From an uncultured Verrucomicrobiae bacterium (lineage in GTDB: Bacteria; Verrucomicrobiota; Verrucomicrobiia; Limisphaerales; Palsa-1400), in contig OY969763.1 of assembly GCA_963702845.1 (NCBI GenBank), positions 2,080,001 to 2,144,000 of the forward strand: a DNA stretch of 64,000 nt, read 5' to 3'. This document shows, one piece after another, positions 1 to 11,307 of the stretch (position 1 is the stretch's first letter; the number at the start of each line of letters is the position of its first letter). Both the position numbers and the translations under genes were made by a program. The notes under the pieces were generated by a model that searched no databases, was not told the origin of the DNA, and saw only the letters and a program-made list of their open reading frames with translations.

Positions 1-2
1 CT

Positions 3-86
3 GTCCTGGGGTTCACTGTGGCGTATGCAATTTCAAATGTGCTGCTGGCGGTCTGGGGACCGTTGATCGTTGCGATTGTGAAATAA
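3..86 (+). CDS. aspT: Aspartate:alanine antiporter, C-terminal end (partial, runs off window start)
   Basis: Frame 3 reads VLGFTVAYAISNVLLAVWGPLIVAIVK*, matching the AspT/YidE C-terminal pattern (LGyTvpYAi.NvLLt.wGp); lies directly upstream of aspD. Confidence 0.8.
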   Translation, partial: VLGFTVAYAISNVLLAVWGPLIVAIVK

Positions 87-106
87 ATAAACTGAAAGGG
101 AATATT

Positions 107-1831
107 ATGTTCGGTCCAGCTACAACTACTCGCGCGCACCAAAAAGCGCTGCTCAAACTCAGTCCGTTCGAATTGAAAGATGAACTCATCGCACTCGCTC
201 AGGTGGCTGAGCGTGATGAAGTCGCGCAGTTCCTGAACGCTGGGAGAGGCAACCCAAACTGGCTTTGCACCACCGCTCGAGAGGCGTTTGGCACGTTGCT
301 TCGTTTCGGGCTGGAGGAGGTGCGACGTGGCGTGAACATTCCTGATTTGGGTACAAAAATCTCGAGTAGTCCGGGAATCGCAAAACGGTTTTCGGGTTTT
401 CTTGAAGCTAACCTCAAAACACCCGGCATTAAGCTGCTTCGGGAAACGTGGGATTACGGCATCAAGGATTTGAAGTTCGATCCAGACGCGTTTGCCTATG
501 AACTTGCCGAAGGAATTATTGGCGATTTGTACCCTGTTCCGGACCGCATGTTGAGGTGCACGGAGAAAATCGTGCACGAGTTTCTGGTGCAGGAGATGTG
601 CGCCGGGCGACCGCCAAAAGGCAAATACGATCTTTTCGCCGTCGAGGGCGGGACGGCGGCGATGTGTTACATCTTCGATACGTTGATGCAGAATTCATTG
701 CTGCATCGTGGAGATACGATCGCTCTCGGAGTTCCGACTTTTACTCCTTACATCGAAATCGCGCACATGGATCGATTTAAGTTTAAGGTTGTAAACATCG
801 ATGCAAGCGTGGAATGCCGGAAGGACGACACTCACACATGGCAATATTCCGACGAGGAAATTGATAAACTTGCCAACAAGAACATTAAGGCGTTCTTCCT
901 CGTCAACCCGAGCAATCCACCTTCCTATGCGATGCGGACCAGTTCCGTGAAGCGAGTGGTGAATATCGTTAAGAATAAACGTCCGGATTTGATTATTATC
1001 ACAGATGATGTCTATGGAACATTTGTGCCGGGGTTCAGATCGTTGATGGCTGAGTTGCCGCGTAACACTATTGGCGTTTACTCGTATTCCAAGCATTTTG
1101 GTTGTACGGGCTGGCGACTGGGCGTGATTGCAGTCCATCAGGACAATATCTTCGATGAGATGCTAGCCAAGTTGCCGACAGCAACGCGCAAAGCGCTGAA
1201 CCACCGTTACGAACCTATTACGCTGGATCCCGAGAACTTAAAGTTCATCGACCGAATGGTTGCAGACAGTCGAATGGTTGCATTGAATCACACTGCCGGC
1301 CTGTCACTACCGCAGCAAATGCAGATGGCGTTGTTCTCGTCCTTCGCGCTGCTGGACAGAGCCAACAGTTACAAGTCGCTTTGCCAAATTATCGTGCGAC
1401 GACGATTCCAGGCATTGGCCGAAGGTTTAGGGCTCAAGTTCCCGCCGGACGACACGCGTGCGTACTATTACGTTCAGCTCGATCTGATGGTGTGGGCTGA
1501 GAAGGAATATGGGGCGGACTTCGCAGCGTTCTTACGGAAGAATTACGAATGCACCGACGTGCTGTTCCGCCTGGCTGAACACTCCGGCGTCGTTTTGATG
1601 CACGGAGGCGGCTTCGGTGGTCCTGATTGGTCGATTCGCGTTTCACTCGCGAATTTGGCAGAGGACACATATCCGAATATGGGCAGATACCTCCGTGAAG
1701 CGGCTCAGGCTTATGTCGACGAATGGAAGGCTTCAGGCGAAAGTTCTGCGCCAACGCACCCGCGTCGTCGCGCACCAGTTTTTACGCGCGCGGGCGCTCG
1801 CCGGCACCATTCGAAAAAGACGCGGCGCTAA
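107..1831 (+). CDS. aspD: L-aspartate 4(beta)-decarboxylase, PLP-dependent
   Basis: LSPFELKDELI, LNAGRGNPNW, FAVEGGTAAM, VNPSNPPS, TDDVYGTF, YSYSKHFGCTGWRLG (PLP lysine) and ALNHTAGLSLPQQ motifs; adjacent to aspT. Confidence 0.95.
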   Translation: MFGPATTTRAHQKALLKLSPFELKDELIALAQVAERDEVAQFLNAGRGNPNWLCTTAREAFGTLLRFGLEEVRRGVNIPDLGTKISSSPGIAKRFSGFLEANLKTPGIKLLRETWDYGIKDLKFDPDAFAYELAEGIIGDLYPVPDRMLRCTEKIVHEFLVQEMCAGRPPKGKYDLFAVEGGTAAMCYIFDTLMQNSLLHRGDTIALGVPTFTPYIEIAHMDRFKFKVVNIDASVECRKDDTHTWQYSDEEIDKLANKNIKAFFLVNPSNPPSYAMRTSSVKRVVNIVKNKRPDLIIITDDVYGTFVPGFRSLMAELPRNTIGVYSYSKHFGCTGWRLGVIAVHQDNIFDEMLAKLPTATRKALNHRYEPITLDPENLKFIDRMVADSRMVALNHTAGLSLPQQMQMALFSSFALLDRANSYKSLCQIIVRRRFQALAEGLGLKFPPDDTRAYYYVQLDLMVWAEKEYGADFAAFLRKNYECTDVLFRLAEHSGVVLMHGGGFGGPDWSIRVSLANLAEDTYPNMGRYLREAAQAYVDEWKASGESSAPTHPRRRAPVFTRAGARRHHSKKTRR

Positions 1832-1832
1832 A

Positions 1833-2240
1833 CTAAGCTGCAGAGTGTTGCTTGCTGGCTTGTAAAGCTTTGGCCATTTCGTCGTCGGCTGGAATCTCGG
1901 GATGTTCTTCCGCGCCTTCCAGCCGAAATAACGAAACCTTGGCTGGCAGCTCTCCCATTACTTTCATAACTTCTGCCGCGGTTCCAAAAACGAATTCCTC
2001 TCGGCGTTCACGAATCGGCATCTGGTAGAAATGGCCGAGCGCGAGCCATTTGCCCGATCGACCCAGAATAAATTCATTGGCGCGCAGCTGCATATCTTCC
2101 GGGTCATAACCTTCTTGCAGGACGACATAGGGCCCGCCGTGGTCGCGTGGGTAGATTTCATTCGCCCGTCGCCAGGACGCCAGGCTGGCGAGTCGAACGT
2201 CATGGAAGTTGTTGGTGATGTTTCTTAGGTTTGCATTCAT
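1833..2240 (-). CDS. Hypothetical protein (135 aa), probable last gene of the minus-strand operon
   Basis: ATG-started ORF filling the gap between SulP and aspD; globular composition; no recognised motif. Confidence 0.7.
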   Translation of the reverse strand: MNANLRNITNNFHDVRLASLASWRRANEIYPRDHGGPYVVLQEGYDPEDMQLRANEFILGRSGKWLALGHFYQMPIRERREEFVFGTAAEVMKVMGELPAKVSLFRLEGAEEHPEIPADDEMAKALQASKQHSAA

Positions 2241-2285
2241 AAGCAGAAAGCCAGTTAGTTTGTGGAACCTTTCCTCTCCCGTGTG

Positions 2286-3977
2286 TCACGTCGCGCCGTT
2301 AAACTCTTCGACTGCGTCGTTAACCGAATGTAGTCGGCTTATACCTCCAAGCTTATCGTCAACTTTTTCAATCCGCAAACGGTCACGGACCGAAGAACGG
2401 GCTTCGACCGCCTGGAATCGGATGCCGCGTGCCCGGATTTCGTCGGCGAGAGTGCCCAGCGCGAGTGAGCCCTGCAAATCGACGCGTGGCGCGGCGGAGA
2501 GATCGAGCACGACCAATTTTGGCGGTGGCTCCTCGGCGTTGACGCGGTCGAGAATCGTTTCACAAACATGGTCGATGTTGAAATAGACCAAACCAGACTC
2601 GGGTCGGAACAAGAGCACGCCCGTTATCAGCTCGTTATCCGGATGACGCAGCCGGTCAGAAAAGCGATGCGTGCCTGGGATTCGTCCGAGCTGTGCGACG
2701 TGCGGTTTCGAAGCGCTGCGTAGCAGCTGTACAAGCGAGATCACTGCCCCGATCAAAACACCGCGCAGCAGGCCGGAACTCATAACGCCGACCAGCGCGC
2801 CCACGGCCACGAAGAACTCGGAACGATCCTCGCGCCAGAGCTGTTTCAGAGTCGAAAGCTTGAACAAACCTGCGACTGCCGCGAGAACGATTGCGGCCAG
2901 AACCGGCTGGGGCAACGCGCTTAATACGTGTGAGAAAAAACATACAACGAGGATCAAAAGACCTGCGGCGAGCGCGGTGGACAGTGGCGTGCGCGCGCCC
3001 CCGGTTTCGTTCACGAGCGATTGAGACATGCCACCGCTTACAGGTAAACCTCTGCCGAGCGCAGCCATTAAGTTGCTGGCACTGAGCGCGAGAAACTCTT
3101 GATTGGCATCCAACCGATAACCGTGCGTTGCGGAGAACATTCGTCCAATCGCGGCAGTCTCAACGGCTGCGAGCAAAAAACAGGCGAGGGCAAGGGGAAG
3201 TAATTGATTCAGATCGGACCACGCAGTGCCCGGCAATCCGAGAGGCGGTAGTCCTTTTGGGATTTCTCCGAGCAGTTTGACTCCATGCTGTTCCAATCCA
3301 AATACGGACGCAGCGACGATTCCACCGATGACGACAAACAAGCCAACCGGTTTGTTTTTCAAAAACAATTTCCCGAAAACCAGAATGGCCAACGCAATTC
3401 CGCCGACCAGTAATGCCGATGGATTGGTTTCTTTCAGGTGTTGGATGAAATACGCGCTGTTTCGCCAGAAACTTCCGTGCTCGCCGTGAAACCCGAATAA
3501 TTTCGGCAATTGCGTGCTGGCAAGAAACAGAGCGACGCCGCATTTGAATCCAGTCATGACGCTTTCGGAGATGAAGTTCACAATGGCGCCCGCTTTAAAA
3601 AGCCACGCGAGGAACCCGATCAGAGCAACCAATATGGCTGTCGTTGCGGCAAGCGCTGCAAACCTCGTGCTGTCTCCTCCTGCGAGCCCGCCGAGCGTTG
3701 TGCCGAGAAGCAAAGAGATCGCAGACGTGACCGAAACCACAGTATGAGTGGAACTGCAGAACAGCCAAAAAACCAACCCGCTAAATAAACATGCGTACAG
3801 TCCCGCCTGAGGAGGCAAGTTCGCTAAAGTGGCGTCGCCGAGTGCTGCCGGTAACAAATATGCAGCAAGCGTGATCGCCGCGATCGCGTCGTAACGCGCC
3901 CACCCCTTTTCGTAGCGAGGCAGCCAACGGAAGGCTCGAATCAAACCGGTCCTTACCAATGTGCCATTCCTCGTCAT
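2286..3977 (-). CDS. SulP/SLC26-family anion permease with STAS domain
   Basis: ANLPPQAGLYA, NFISESVMTGF, DANQEFLAL, GARTPLS motifs; C-terminal STAS (VVLDLSAAPRVD); start 3977 forms an ATGA overlap with the upstream stop. Confidence 0.92.
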   Translation of the reverse strand: MTRNGTLVRTGLIRAFRWLPRYEKGWARYDAIAAITLAAYLLPAALGDATLANLPPQAGLYACLFSGLVFWLFCSSTHTVVSVTSAISLLLGTTLGGLAGGDSTRFAALAATTAILVALIGFLAWLFKAGAIVNFISESVMTGFKCGVALFLASTQLPKLFGFHGEHGSFWRNSAYFIQHLKETNPSALLVGGIALAILVFGKLFLKNKPVGLFVVIGGIVAASVFGLEQHGVKLLGEIPKGLPPLGLPGTAWSDLNQLLPLALACFLLAAVETAAIGRMFSATHGYRLDANQEFLALSASNLMAALGRGLPVSGGMSQSLVNETGGARTPLSTALAAGLLILVVCFFSHVLSALPQPVLAAIVLAAVAGLFKLSTLKQLWREDRSEFFVAVGALVGVMSSGLLRGVLIGAVISLVQLLRSASKPHVAQLGRIPGTHRFSDRLRHPDNELITGVLLFRPESGLVYFNIDHVCETILDRVNAEEPPPKLVVLDLSAAPRVDLQGSLALGTLADEIRARGIRFQAVEARSSVRDRLRIEKVDDKLGGISRLHSVNDAVEEFNGAT

Positions 3978-4633
3978 AATTGAACCGGCAAATACAATAG
4001 TCGGACCGCTGCGAAAACGAATGCACCGAGGCCGAGGAGAAGAACGGCTTGATGAATCCAACCGGTTTGAAACCTCGATGCAGCCCCTGAGAAGAAGAGG
4101 GCGGCGGCGAGCGAGACGGTCAGCAGAACGTAGCTCCGCGAGTTCCGTCCGGCTTCACCAGCTTTCTCCCAGAACCGCTCGCTTTGGATTTCATCTTCGC
4201 GCGACTGCTCCAACAGCTTCGGCTGGTACAGATTGGTAACGAACGGATGAGGTGGCGCGTTAGAGTTTTTGAACGGTTGCATCGCTATCCATTTTTCAAA
4301 TGCGCTTTTGGCTTCGGCACGAAACCGCGTCGCGTAAAAGTCAGCGAGCGCTGCGTTCGAACTGGACCGAGCATTGACGTACTCGCTGAAAAGCATCACA
4401 TCGATCGATGCAAGTTGATAACTCTTCAATTGAGCGGTGACGCTGCGACGACTTGCGGTGGCCGACATATTCATCGTGCGTTGTGAAACCCCGCTCCAAA
4501 CTGCCGCCTGAAAAGAGCACCACGCTGTCCCAACCGTTGCGAGTGAAAGCAGAACTAGAGCGACGGCCTCAAAGACGGGTCCCCTGCGTTTCTTTTCATG
4601 GCCAATACTTTGCTTCTGGGCTTCGTCGCTCAT
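3974..4633 (-). CDS. Hypothetical inner-membrane protein (DUF4337-like topology)
   Basis: One N-terminal TM helix, a soluble helical region and two C-terminal TM helices; coupled to SulP by an ATGA overlap. Confidence 0.7.
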   Translation of the reverse strand: MSDEAQKQSIGHEKKRRGPVFEAVALVLLSLATVGTAWCSFQAAVWSGVSQRTMNMSATASRRSVTAQLKSYQLASIDVMLFSEYVNARSSSNAALADFYATRFRAEAKSAFEKWIAMQPFKNSNAPPHPFVTNLYQPKLLEQSREDEIQSERFWEKAGEAGRNSRSYVLLTVSLAAALFFSGAASRFQTGWIHQAVLLLGLGAFVFAAVRLLYLPVQL

Positions 4634-4654
4634 CTGATTACCGATGGAAACGAA

Positions 4655-5479
4655 CTAGTATTTTTCCGGCACGAATTTTCGGCCTTTTAGCGACGCCTGA
4701 TCGTCGTAGGCGTGTTTCGTTTCTCGTTCAGGGATCTCGATTTTGTCCCGCTTGATTTTTTTGTACGTAATCAGGCTGAGGAGATGTGAGATGCAATTCA
4801 GTCTTGCCCGTTTTTTGTCGTCGGAGCGCAGGATGTGCCAAGGGGCAAAGTCAGTATCCGTCGCCTCCAGCATTTTGTCGCGGGCGCGCGAGTATTCATA
4901 CCATTTACTGCGCGACGGCAGGTCCATCGGGCTAAGTTTCCACTGTCGCACGGGATCCGTAACACGCGCTTCGAAACGTCGTTTCTGTTCCTTGTCGCTA
5001 ACCTCAAGCCAGAACTTTATGAGGATGATTCCATTAGCGACGACGTATTTCTCAACCTCGGGGCAGCGTTTTAAAAAATTCGCATACTGCTCGTCCGAGC
5101 AAAACCCCATCACATGCTCAACCCCTGCGCGATTGTACCAACTCCGGTCGAAGATGACCACCTCACCTGCGGCAGGGAAGTGTTTTATATAGCGTTGAAG
5201 ATAAATTTGCGTTTTTTCGCGATCGGAAGGAGCAGGCAACGCAACGATGCGAAAGATACGAGGACTGACTCGCTCGGTGATCGCTCGGATAGTGCCGCCT
5301 TTTCCGGCGCCGTCCCGTCCTTCAAAAACCAGCATTACCCGTAGGCCTTTATGTTTGATCCAGTCCTGCAATTGGCAAAGTTGAGCCTGTAACCGGCGCA
5401 GTTCTTTTTCGTATTTCTTGCGTTTAAGCTTTTTGGATTCGTCTGAATCGCCTGCTTCTTTCGTCCCTTTATTCTTCAT
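4655..5479 (-). CDS. ppk2: Polyphosphate kinase 2
   Basis: FEGRDGAGKGG Walker A, FDRSWYNRAGVEHVMGF, WKLSPMD and SDDKKRARLN motifs. Confidence 0.96.
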   Translation of the reverse strand: MKNKGTKEAGDSDESKKLKRKKYEKELRRLQAQLCQLQDWIKHKGLRVMLVFEGRDGAGKGGTIRAITERVSPRIFRIVALPAPSDREKTQIYLQRYIKHFPAAGEVVIFDRSWYNRAGVEHVMGFCSDEQYANFLKRCPEVEKYVVANGIILIKFWLEVSDKEQKRRFEARVTDPVRQWKLSPMDLPSRSKWYEYSRARDKMLEATDTDFAPWHILRSDDKKRARLNCISHLLSLITYKKIKRDKIEIPERETKHAYDDQASLKGRKFVPEKY

Positions 5480-5495
5480 AACGTTTCCCGGTCAA

Positions 5496-6953
5496 TTAGT
5501 GATGATTCATTGCAGTTTTGGTAGAAGGGATCGATGGCCAGCCGCCGCCCAGTGCTTGATAGAGTTGGACGACGCTGAGGAGTTCGTCTCGCCGCGCCGC
5601 GGCAAGTCGAAACTCTGCATCAAATAACTGTTGTTCGTTGTAGAGCACCTCGAGATAGCTCGTCACACCGCCGTCGTAGCGGACGTGCGCAAGGTCTGCC
5701 GCTGCTCGGTTTGCTTCCGTTAACTCCAACTGCTTCGCATAGAATTCCTGGGTCCGCTGGTAAGCAATAAGGCCGTCCGATACTTCGCGAAATGCGTTTT
5801 GAACAGTTCGTTGGTAAACAGCCACCGCCTCTTGAAATCGCGCCTTGGAGAGTTTGACTTCAGCTTGTAAACGTCCGCCTGTGAAGAATGGGAATGTTAC
5901 GGTCGGCCCGAACTGCCATACCTGCGATGGCTGGGCGAAAAGGCTGGTGAGTGATACGCTTTGGAACCCATACGTTCCTGTCAAAGTCAGTCGCGGAAAA
6001 TATGCTGCCTTTGCCTGGCCGATGTCTGCGTTTGCCGCGATCAGGTTTTGCTCAGCAGACCGAATATCTGGTCGCCGCTCCAACAGCGACGATGGCAGCC
6101 CCGGAGGGACACTAGCCCTCAGCGGCTGCTGCACCAACGAAATGCCCCGTTTGATGGGTCCCGGATTTCGGCCCATCAGAATGTTCAAAGCGTTCTCAGT
6201 CTGTTCAATTCGTCGAAGCGTATCGGCGATGGAAGCCTCGGTCGTAAACACGAGCACTTGCGATTGATAAACATCCTGCATTGCCGCGACGCCTCCTTGT
6301 TGACGTGAGACAGTGAGATCCAGCGAGTTGGTGCGACCGACATAACTGGCTCGCGCAATTTCCAGATCAAGATCGAGTGCCAGTAGCTGAAGGTAAGTCG
6401 TTGCAACGTCCGAGACTAAAGTCTGACGAACTGTGTTTTGCGCCCATTCTGCGGAAAAAAGCTTTGCCAGGGCAGCTTCGTTCGCGCGACGGATGCGGCC
6501 CCAAAGGTCAACTTCGTAGCTCGGAGAAAAAACAAACACTTCGCCAAATGTGGACTGTGGTTGTATGCCTAGGGGAAAATCTCCTCCCTGCTGCGAAAAG
6601 CGTGTGTTCACGATTTCTCCGCCGGCATCGATTTCTGGAAAATATTGAGAACGGGTGATTCGAGCCGAAGCCTCGGCTTGAAGAACACGGGCTGCGGCAA
6701 TTTTTATGTCCCAGCTATTCTTTAGTCCCTCGGTAATGTACGCCTTTAGTTGTGGATCTTCGTAAACATTCCACCAGCAAAGGTCCCCAAAAGAATTTGT
6801 CCCGGACGTTAGCGATGTATCTGACGCTGCACGACGGAAGGTCGCCGGTGGGTTGGTGGAAGGTCTTTTGTAATTCGGCCCCACTTTGCAACCCGTCGTG
6901 ATCGCGACAATTAGACCAAAGGAAAATGCGAGTTGCTGAAGAATTGGTTTCAT
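5496..6953 (-). CDS. RND efflux outer-membrane factor lipoprotein (NodT/OprM family)
   Basis: Lipobox ITTGC then VGPNYKRP; YEVDLWGRIRR, PSSLLERRPDIRSAEQ and LYQALGGGW motifs. Confidence 0.95.
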   Translation of the reverse strand: MKPILQQLAFSFGLIVAITTGCKVGPNYKRPSTNPPATFRRAASDTSLTSGTNSFGDLCWWNVYEDPQLKAYITEGLKNSWDIKIAAARVLQAEASARITRSQYFPEIDAGGEIVNTRFSQQGGDFPLGIQPQSTFGEVFVFSPSYEVDLWGRIRRANEAALAKLFSAEWAQNTVRQTLVSDVATTYLQLLALDLDLEIARASYVGRTNSLDLTVSRQQGGVAAMQDVYQSQVLVFTTEASIADTLRRIEQTENALNILMGRNPGPIKRGISLVQQPLRASVPPGLPSSLLERRPDIRSAEQNLIAANADIGQAKAAYFPRLTLTGTYGFQSVSLTSLFAQPSQVWQFGPTVTFPFFTGGRLQAEVKLSKARFQEAVAVYQRTVQNAFREVSDGLIAYQRTQEFYAKQLELTEANRAAADLAHVRYDGGVTSYLEVLYNEQQLFDAEFRLAAARRDELLSVVQLYQALGGGWPSIPSTKTAMNHH

Positions 6954-9900
6954 CAGTGTCCCTCCTTGTGGTTTTCACCTCCTGCGACCACGACGTTCGA
7001 GGTAGCAGATGCCGGTTTCTTGCGCTCAATGATCTTCTGCACAAAAACGTAACAGACAGGAATGATGAACAGCCCCAGGACCGTTGCGATGGTCATGCCG
7101 AAAACAACGCCTGTACCCATGGTGCTGCGGGCGGCGGCTCCGGACCCGGAAGCCAGCATCAACGGAACAGAACCGAGGATGAACGCGAATGAGGTCATCA
7201 GGATCGGTCGCAGCCGTAACTTGGCTCCTTGTATCGCCGCTGGGATGATGTCCATTCCCTTCTCATGTTCGGCTTTCGCAAATTCGACAATCAGGATTGC
7301 GTTTTTCGCTGCCAATCCGATCAACATCACTAATCCGATTTGAGCATAGACATTCAGATCAAAACTCCGGACCAGCATGCCGATCATCGTGCCGAGAATG
7401 ACTGTTGGCGTCGCAAGCAAAACAGAGAAAGGCAGTCCCCAACTTTCGTACTGCGCCGCGAGTAACAGGAAAACAATCACGATCGCCATGCCGAAGATGA
7501 TCGGCGCCTGGCCTTCGGATTTTTTTTCCTGCAGGGTCAACCCGGACCATTCGTAACCAATGCCGCTCGGCATCGTTTTCATTACCTCTTCAATCGCCTT
7601 GATCGCTTGAGCTGAGCTGTAGCCCGGCGCCGGCGCACCCATGATTTCCGCAGCGTTATAAAGATTGAATCGCATGACGAAGTTCGGCCCGGTCATCTTG
7701 CCGATTGTGACCAGCGTGTTCAGCGGCACCATGTTGGTGTAGTTGTTGCGAACATAGAACTGGCCGATGTCGCTGGGCTGGCTCGTGAACTGCGGCTCTG
7801 CTTGAAGGAACACTTTATAGACGCGGCCAAACCGGACGAAGTCGTTTACGTATAGTCCGCTTAAATATGTCTGCAACGTCGAGAAAACGGAATCGATTGG
7901 AACACCCAACGTCCGCGCCTTTTCGCGATCCAGTTCGACTTTCACCTGCGGCGTTGCTGGATTGAACGTCGTGGTGATGCGGCCGAGTTCCGGGCGTTTG
8001 CTCGCGGCCGCCAGGAACTGCTTAATATTTTTCGCCAATTCATCAATGCTTCCGCCGGTGCGGTCTTGCACCTGCATAGAAAAACCCGAAACGTTGCCGT
8101 AGCCGGGCAGGGGAGGTGGTCCAAAGGAAAAGGCCCGCGCATCGGCGATGCTTTGGAATTTTTTATTCCATTCCATAGCCAAGGCTTTGGCATGGAGCGC
8201 AGAACCCTTCCGTTCGTCCCAATTTTTGAGGCCGACAAACATGAGCGCCGCATTCGGGAAGTTGAGCGAGTTCATGATATTCATACCGGCCAGTCCGACA
8301 TACGAGCGCACCCCTTCGGTGTTCCCGACAATCTCTTCAACTTGTTTAAGAACCTGGTCCGTGCGCTGCAACGACGTGCCTTCCGGCAATTCGACAGACA
8401 CGAATAAGTAACCTTTGTCCTCATCCGGAATGAAGCCGCCGGGCACGAATTTGCCGATGATAAAGACGCCAACAACTACGGCAACCAGCAGTAACATCGA
8501 GAGCGATGCCTTTCGGCTCATCCCTCCGACCAATGCGCCATACTTATTGATCGTCCAATCAAATCCTCGATTGAACAGTTTGAAAAATTTTGCAACCGGC
8601 CCGCGCCCGGGTTTTGGTTTGCGCAACATTTTCGCCGCCAAAGCCGGGCTGAGCGTCAGCGCGTTGATGACTGAAAACACCACAGCAACCGCGATCGTTA
8701 ACGCAAATTGCCGGTAAAGCTGGCCTGTGACACCGCCCATGAACGCTACCGGGACGAACACTGCGCAGAGCACCAAACCGATCGCCACGACCGGCCCCGA
8801 AACTTCTTTCATCGCCTGCCTCGTGGCTGCGGTCGGATCAAGTCCATGTTCGATGTGATGTTGTACCGCTTCAACGACGACAATGGCGTCGTCCACGACA
8901 ATACCGATTGCCAGCACAAGTCCGAACAAAGTCAGAACGTTGACGCTAAATCCAAGCGGCGGGAACATGATGAAAGCGCCAAGCAACGAGACAGGAACCG
9001 TCAACATCGGAATGATCGTTGCGCGAAAACTTTGAAGAAAAATGTAAACAACAACCAGGACCAGCACCACAGCTTCCAGAAGCGTGTGAATGATTTCGTG
9101 CATAGATGCTTCGATCGGCAGGGTCGAATCCAGCGTGATATCGTAGATCATGTCAGGTGGAAACTTCTCTTTGGCATCTTCCAAAATCTTTTTTACGTTC
9201 GCCGCCGTTTCCAAAGCATTTGCTCCAGGAGCCAAATAAATTCCGATTGCACCTGCGGGTGACTTGTTCAGTCGAGCGCGAAGATCGTAGGTTTGCGCGC
9301 CAAGTTCGACGCGACCAATGTCTTTGATCTTCACCTGGGAACCATCCGGATTGGATCGGATGATGATCTCGGCAAATTGTTTTGGGTCCTTGAGCAAACC
9401 GAGTGTGCGAACGTTGAATGTCGTTTGTTGTCCTTTAGGAGCGGGTTCGGCACCGATGCGTCCCGCCGGCGCCTGAGCGTTTTGTTCTTTAAGCGCTTTT
9501 TGGATGTCGTCCGGTGTGACTCCAAGCGACGCCAGCTTGTCAGGACGCAACCAGAGTCGCATCGAATAATCCTGCGCAGTGAAGTTTTTAACATCGCCGA
9601 CGCCACGCACGCGTTTGATCGCGTCAACCAGATTGATGTCGCAATAATTGCCGAGAAAAACTGCGTCGTAAGTTCCTTTCGGCGACGCCAACGCCACCAC
9701 CATTAAAATGTCCGGACTCGAACGATTAACGACAATGCCTTCTCGCTTCACCGCATCAGGCAATTGGGCTTCCGCCTGGCCGACGCGGTTTTGTGTATTT
9801 ACCTGCATGATGTCGACGTCCGTCCCGACATCGAAATAAACATTGAGCGTCAGCTTGCCGTCGTTGGCGTTGTACGACTGGATGTAGAGCAGTTTGTCGA

Positions 9901-10114
9901 CACCATTAACCTTTGATTCAATAGGCGTAGCGACGGATTCCATCACTGCTTCTGCAGCAGCGCCGCGATACGTTGTCGTCGCTTGAATCAGCGTCGGGCT
10001 AACCGGAGGGTATTCGGAAATCGGTAACCGCTTCAGAGCCACAAACCCGACGATCACGGTGAGGATGGCGATGACCATCGCAACAATCGGACGTCGAATG
10101 AAAAAGTCCGCCAT
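6953..10114 (-). CDS. RND efflux permease (HAE1/AcrB family)
   Basis: [11 protein letters not shown] start, [27 protein letters not shown] and [12 protein letters not shown] motifs; 1053 aa. Confidence 0.97.
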   Translation of the reverse strand: MADFFIRRPIVAMVIAILTVIVGFVALKRLPISEYPPVSPTLIQATTTYRGAAAEAVMESVATPIESKVNGVDKLLYIQSYNANDGKLTLNVYFDVGTDVDIMQVNTQNRVGQAEAQLPDAVKREGIVVNRSSPDILMVVALASPKGTYDAVFLGNYCDINLVDAIKRVRGVGDVKNFTAQDYSMRLWLRPDKLASLGVTPDDIQKALKEQNAQAPAGRIGAEPAPKGQQTTFNVRTLGLLKDPKQFAEIIIRSNPDGSQVKIKDIGRVELGAQTYDLRARLNKSPAGAIGIYLAPGANALETAANVKKILEDAKEKFPPDMIYDITLDSTLPIEASMHEIIHTLLEAVVLVLVVVYIFLQSFRATIIPMLTVPVSLLGAFIMFPPLGFSVNVLTLFGLVLAIGIVVDDAIVVVEAVQHHIEHGLDPTAATRQAMKEVSGPVVAIGLVLCAVFVPVAFMGGVTGQLYRQFALTIAVAVVFSVINALTLSPALAAKMLRKPKPGRGPVAKFFKLFNRGFDWTINKYGALVGGMSRKASLSMLLLVAVVVGVFIIGKFVPGGFIPDEDKGYLFVSVELPEGTSLQRTDQVLKQVEEIVGNTEGVRSYVGLAGMNIMNSLNFPNAALMFVGLKNWDERKGSALHAKALAMEWNKKFQSIADARAFSFGPPPLPGYGNVSGFSMQVQDRTGGSIDELAKNIKQFLAAASKRPELGRITTTFNPATPQVKVELDREKARTLGVPIDSVFSTLQTYLSGLYVNDFVRFGRVYKVFLQAEPQFTSQPSDIGQFYVRNNYTNMVPLNTLVTIGKMTGPNFVMRFNLYNAAEIMGAPAPGYSSAQAIKAIEEVMKTMPSGIGYEWSGLTLQEKKSEGQAPIIFGMAIVIVFLLLAAQYESWGLPFSVLLATPTVILGTMIGMLVRSFDLNVYAQIGLVMLIGLAAKNAILIVEFAKAEHEKGMDIIPAAIQGAKLRLRPILMTSFAFILGSVPLMLASGSGAAARSTMGTGVVFGMTIATVLGLFIIPVCYVFVQKIIERKKPASATSNVVVAGGENHKEGH

Positions 10115-10117
10115 AAC

Positions 10118-11307
10118 CTATTGTTTCTCCGCCGCGTTTTCGGTCTTCTGCCCAGCCGAGCCAGCGGGCACCGGTTCCACCACCGCGCCGTCGCGGAGTT
10201 TCTGCAAACCTTCAACAACAACGGGCTCGCCAGCTTTCAATCCTTCTGTAATCAAAACAGCCCCGCCGATTGTTTCGCCGACAGTCACCGGCCGTTGCAC
10301 TGCTTTGTTCTCAGGCCCAACGACCCAGACGAAGTTTTTTCCCTGCAATTCGGAGATTGCGCCTTCAGGAATGAGAATGCTGTTCTGCCGAACGCCGAGA
10401 TCGACTTCCAATCGTCCGAACATTCCGGGGCGAAGACGCTTTTCTGTGGTTCGGAAATTCGGCGCGGACTCGCAATGTTCCAGTCTTGGCGTCAACAGCA
10501 CGATCCATGAACACGATTTTCCCTTTGTCTGGAAGTCGCGAGCCATCTGCCAAAATGAGATACACTGGAACCTGTTCCAACTTCTCTCCTCTGACGCTGT
10601 AACTCCTGTTGCGCCTTGAGGTATTGAACTTCGCTGATCGCGCAATAGAACCAGATCGGATCAAGCTTCGAAATGGTCGCAAGCAATGTCGGCTGTCCCT
10701 TGCCAACCAGTTCACCAATCGACACTTGTTTTGCGCCAATCAGACCAGTGATCGGCGCGCGAATGTCGCAGTAACCCAAATCCAACTGCGCCGTCTCCAC
10801 ACGCGCCTGCGCCGAATCAATCTCGGCATTGGCAACATCCACCGCAGCAAGTGCGTTATCCAGGTCCTGTTGTGGAACAGCCTTTTTCTTTGCAAGGGGA
10901 GTAAGGCGTGCAACGTCAGTCTCGTGCTTCGCTAAAGCTGCTTTGGTTTGAGCGAGCATGCCTTTGGCAGCAGCCAAACGTTCCTTGAACGGCTTTTGAT
11001 CCAGCAGGAACAATTGATCTCCTTCGTGCACCTCAGTGCCTTCGATAAAAAGCATTTTGTCGACGAATGATTCGACACGCGCGCGTATCTCGACGTTTTG
11101 CGGCGAGTCGAGTTGACCGATGATTTCTGTTTTCATCGGAGCGTTTGTTGTCGTGACTTTCATTACTCCAACCGTTGGCGGCAGTGGCGCTGGCGGAGCG
11201 GCCTTTTTGCAACTGGTGGCTACAAGAAATAGGGAAGATGCGCAGGACAATATCAGTGCTTGCCGAACCCACGGCATCGTGTTCCTTTTTGATGCAATTG
11301 CTTTCAT
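10118..11307 (-). CDS. RND periplasmic adaptor (MFP) lipoprotein, frameshifted near 10450-10600
   Basis: ORFs 10492..11307 (VEIRARV, IRAPITGLIG), 10365..10739 (VDAKTGTLRVRAEFPN) and 10118..10645 (LRPGMFGR, GEPVVVEGLQK) join into one MFP. Confidence 0.9.

Noticed and set aside
3978..4061. N-terminal extension of SulP
   Set aside because: It overlaps the upstream gene; ATG 3977 gives a clean ATGA coupling
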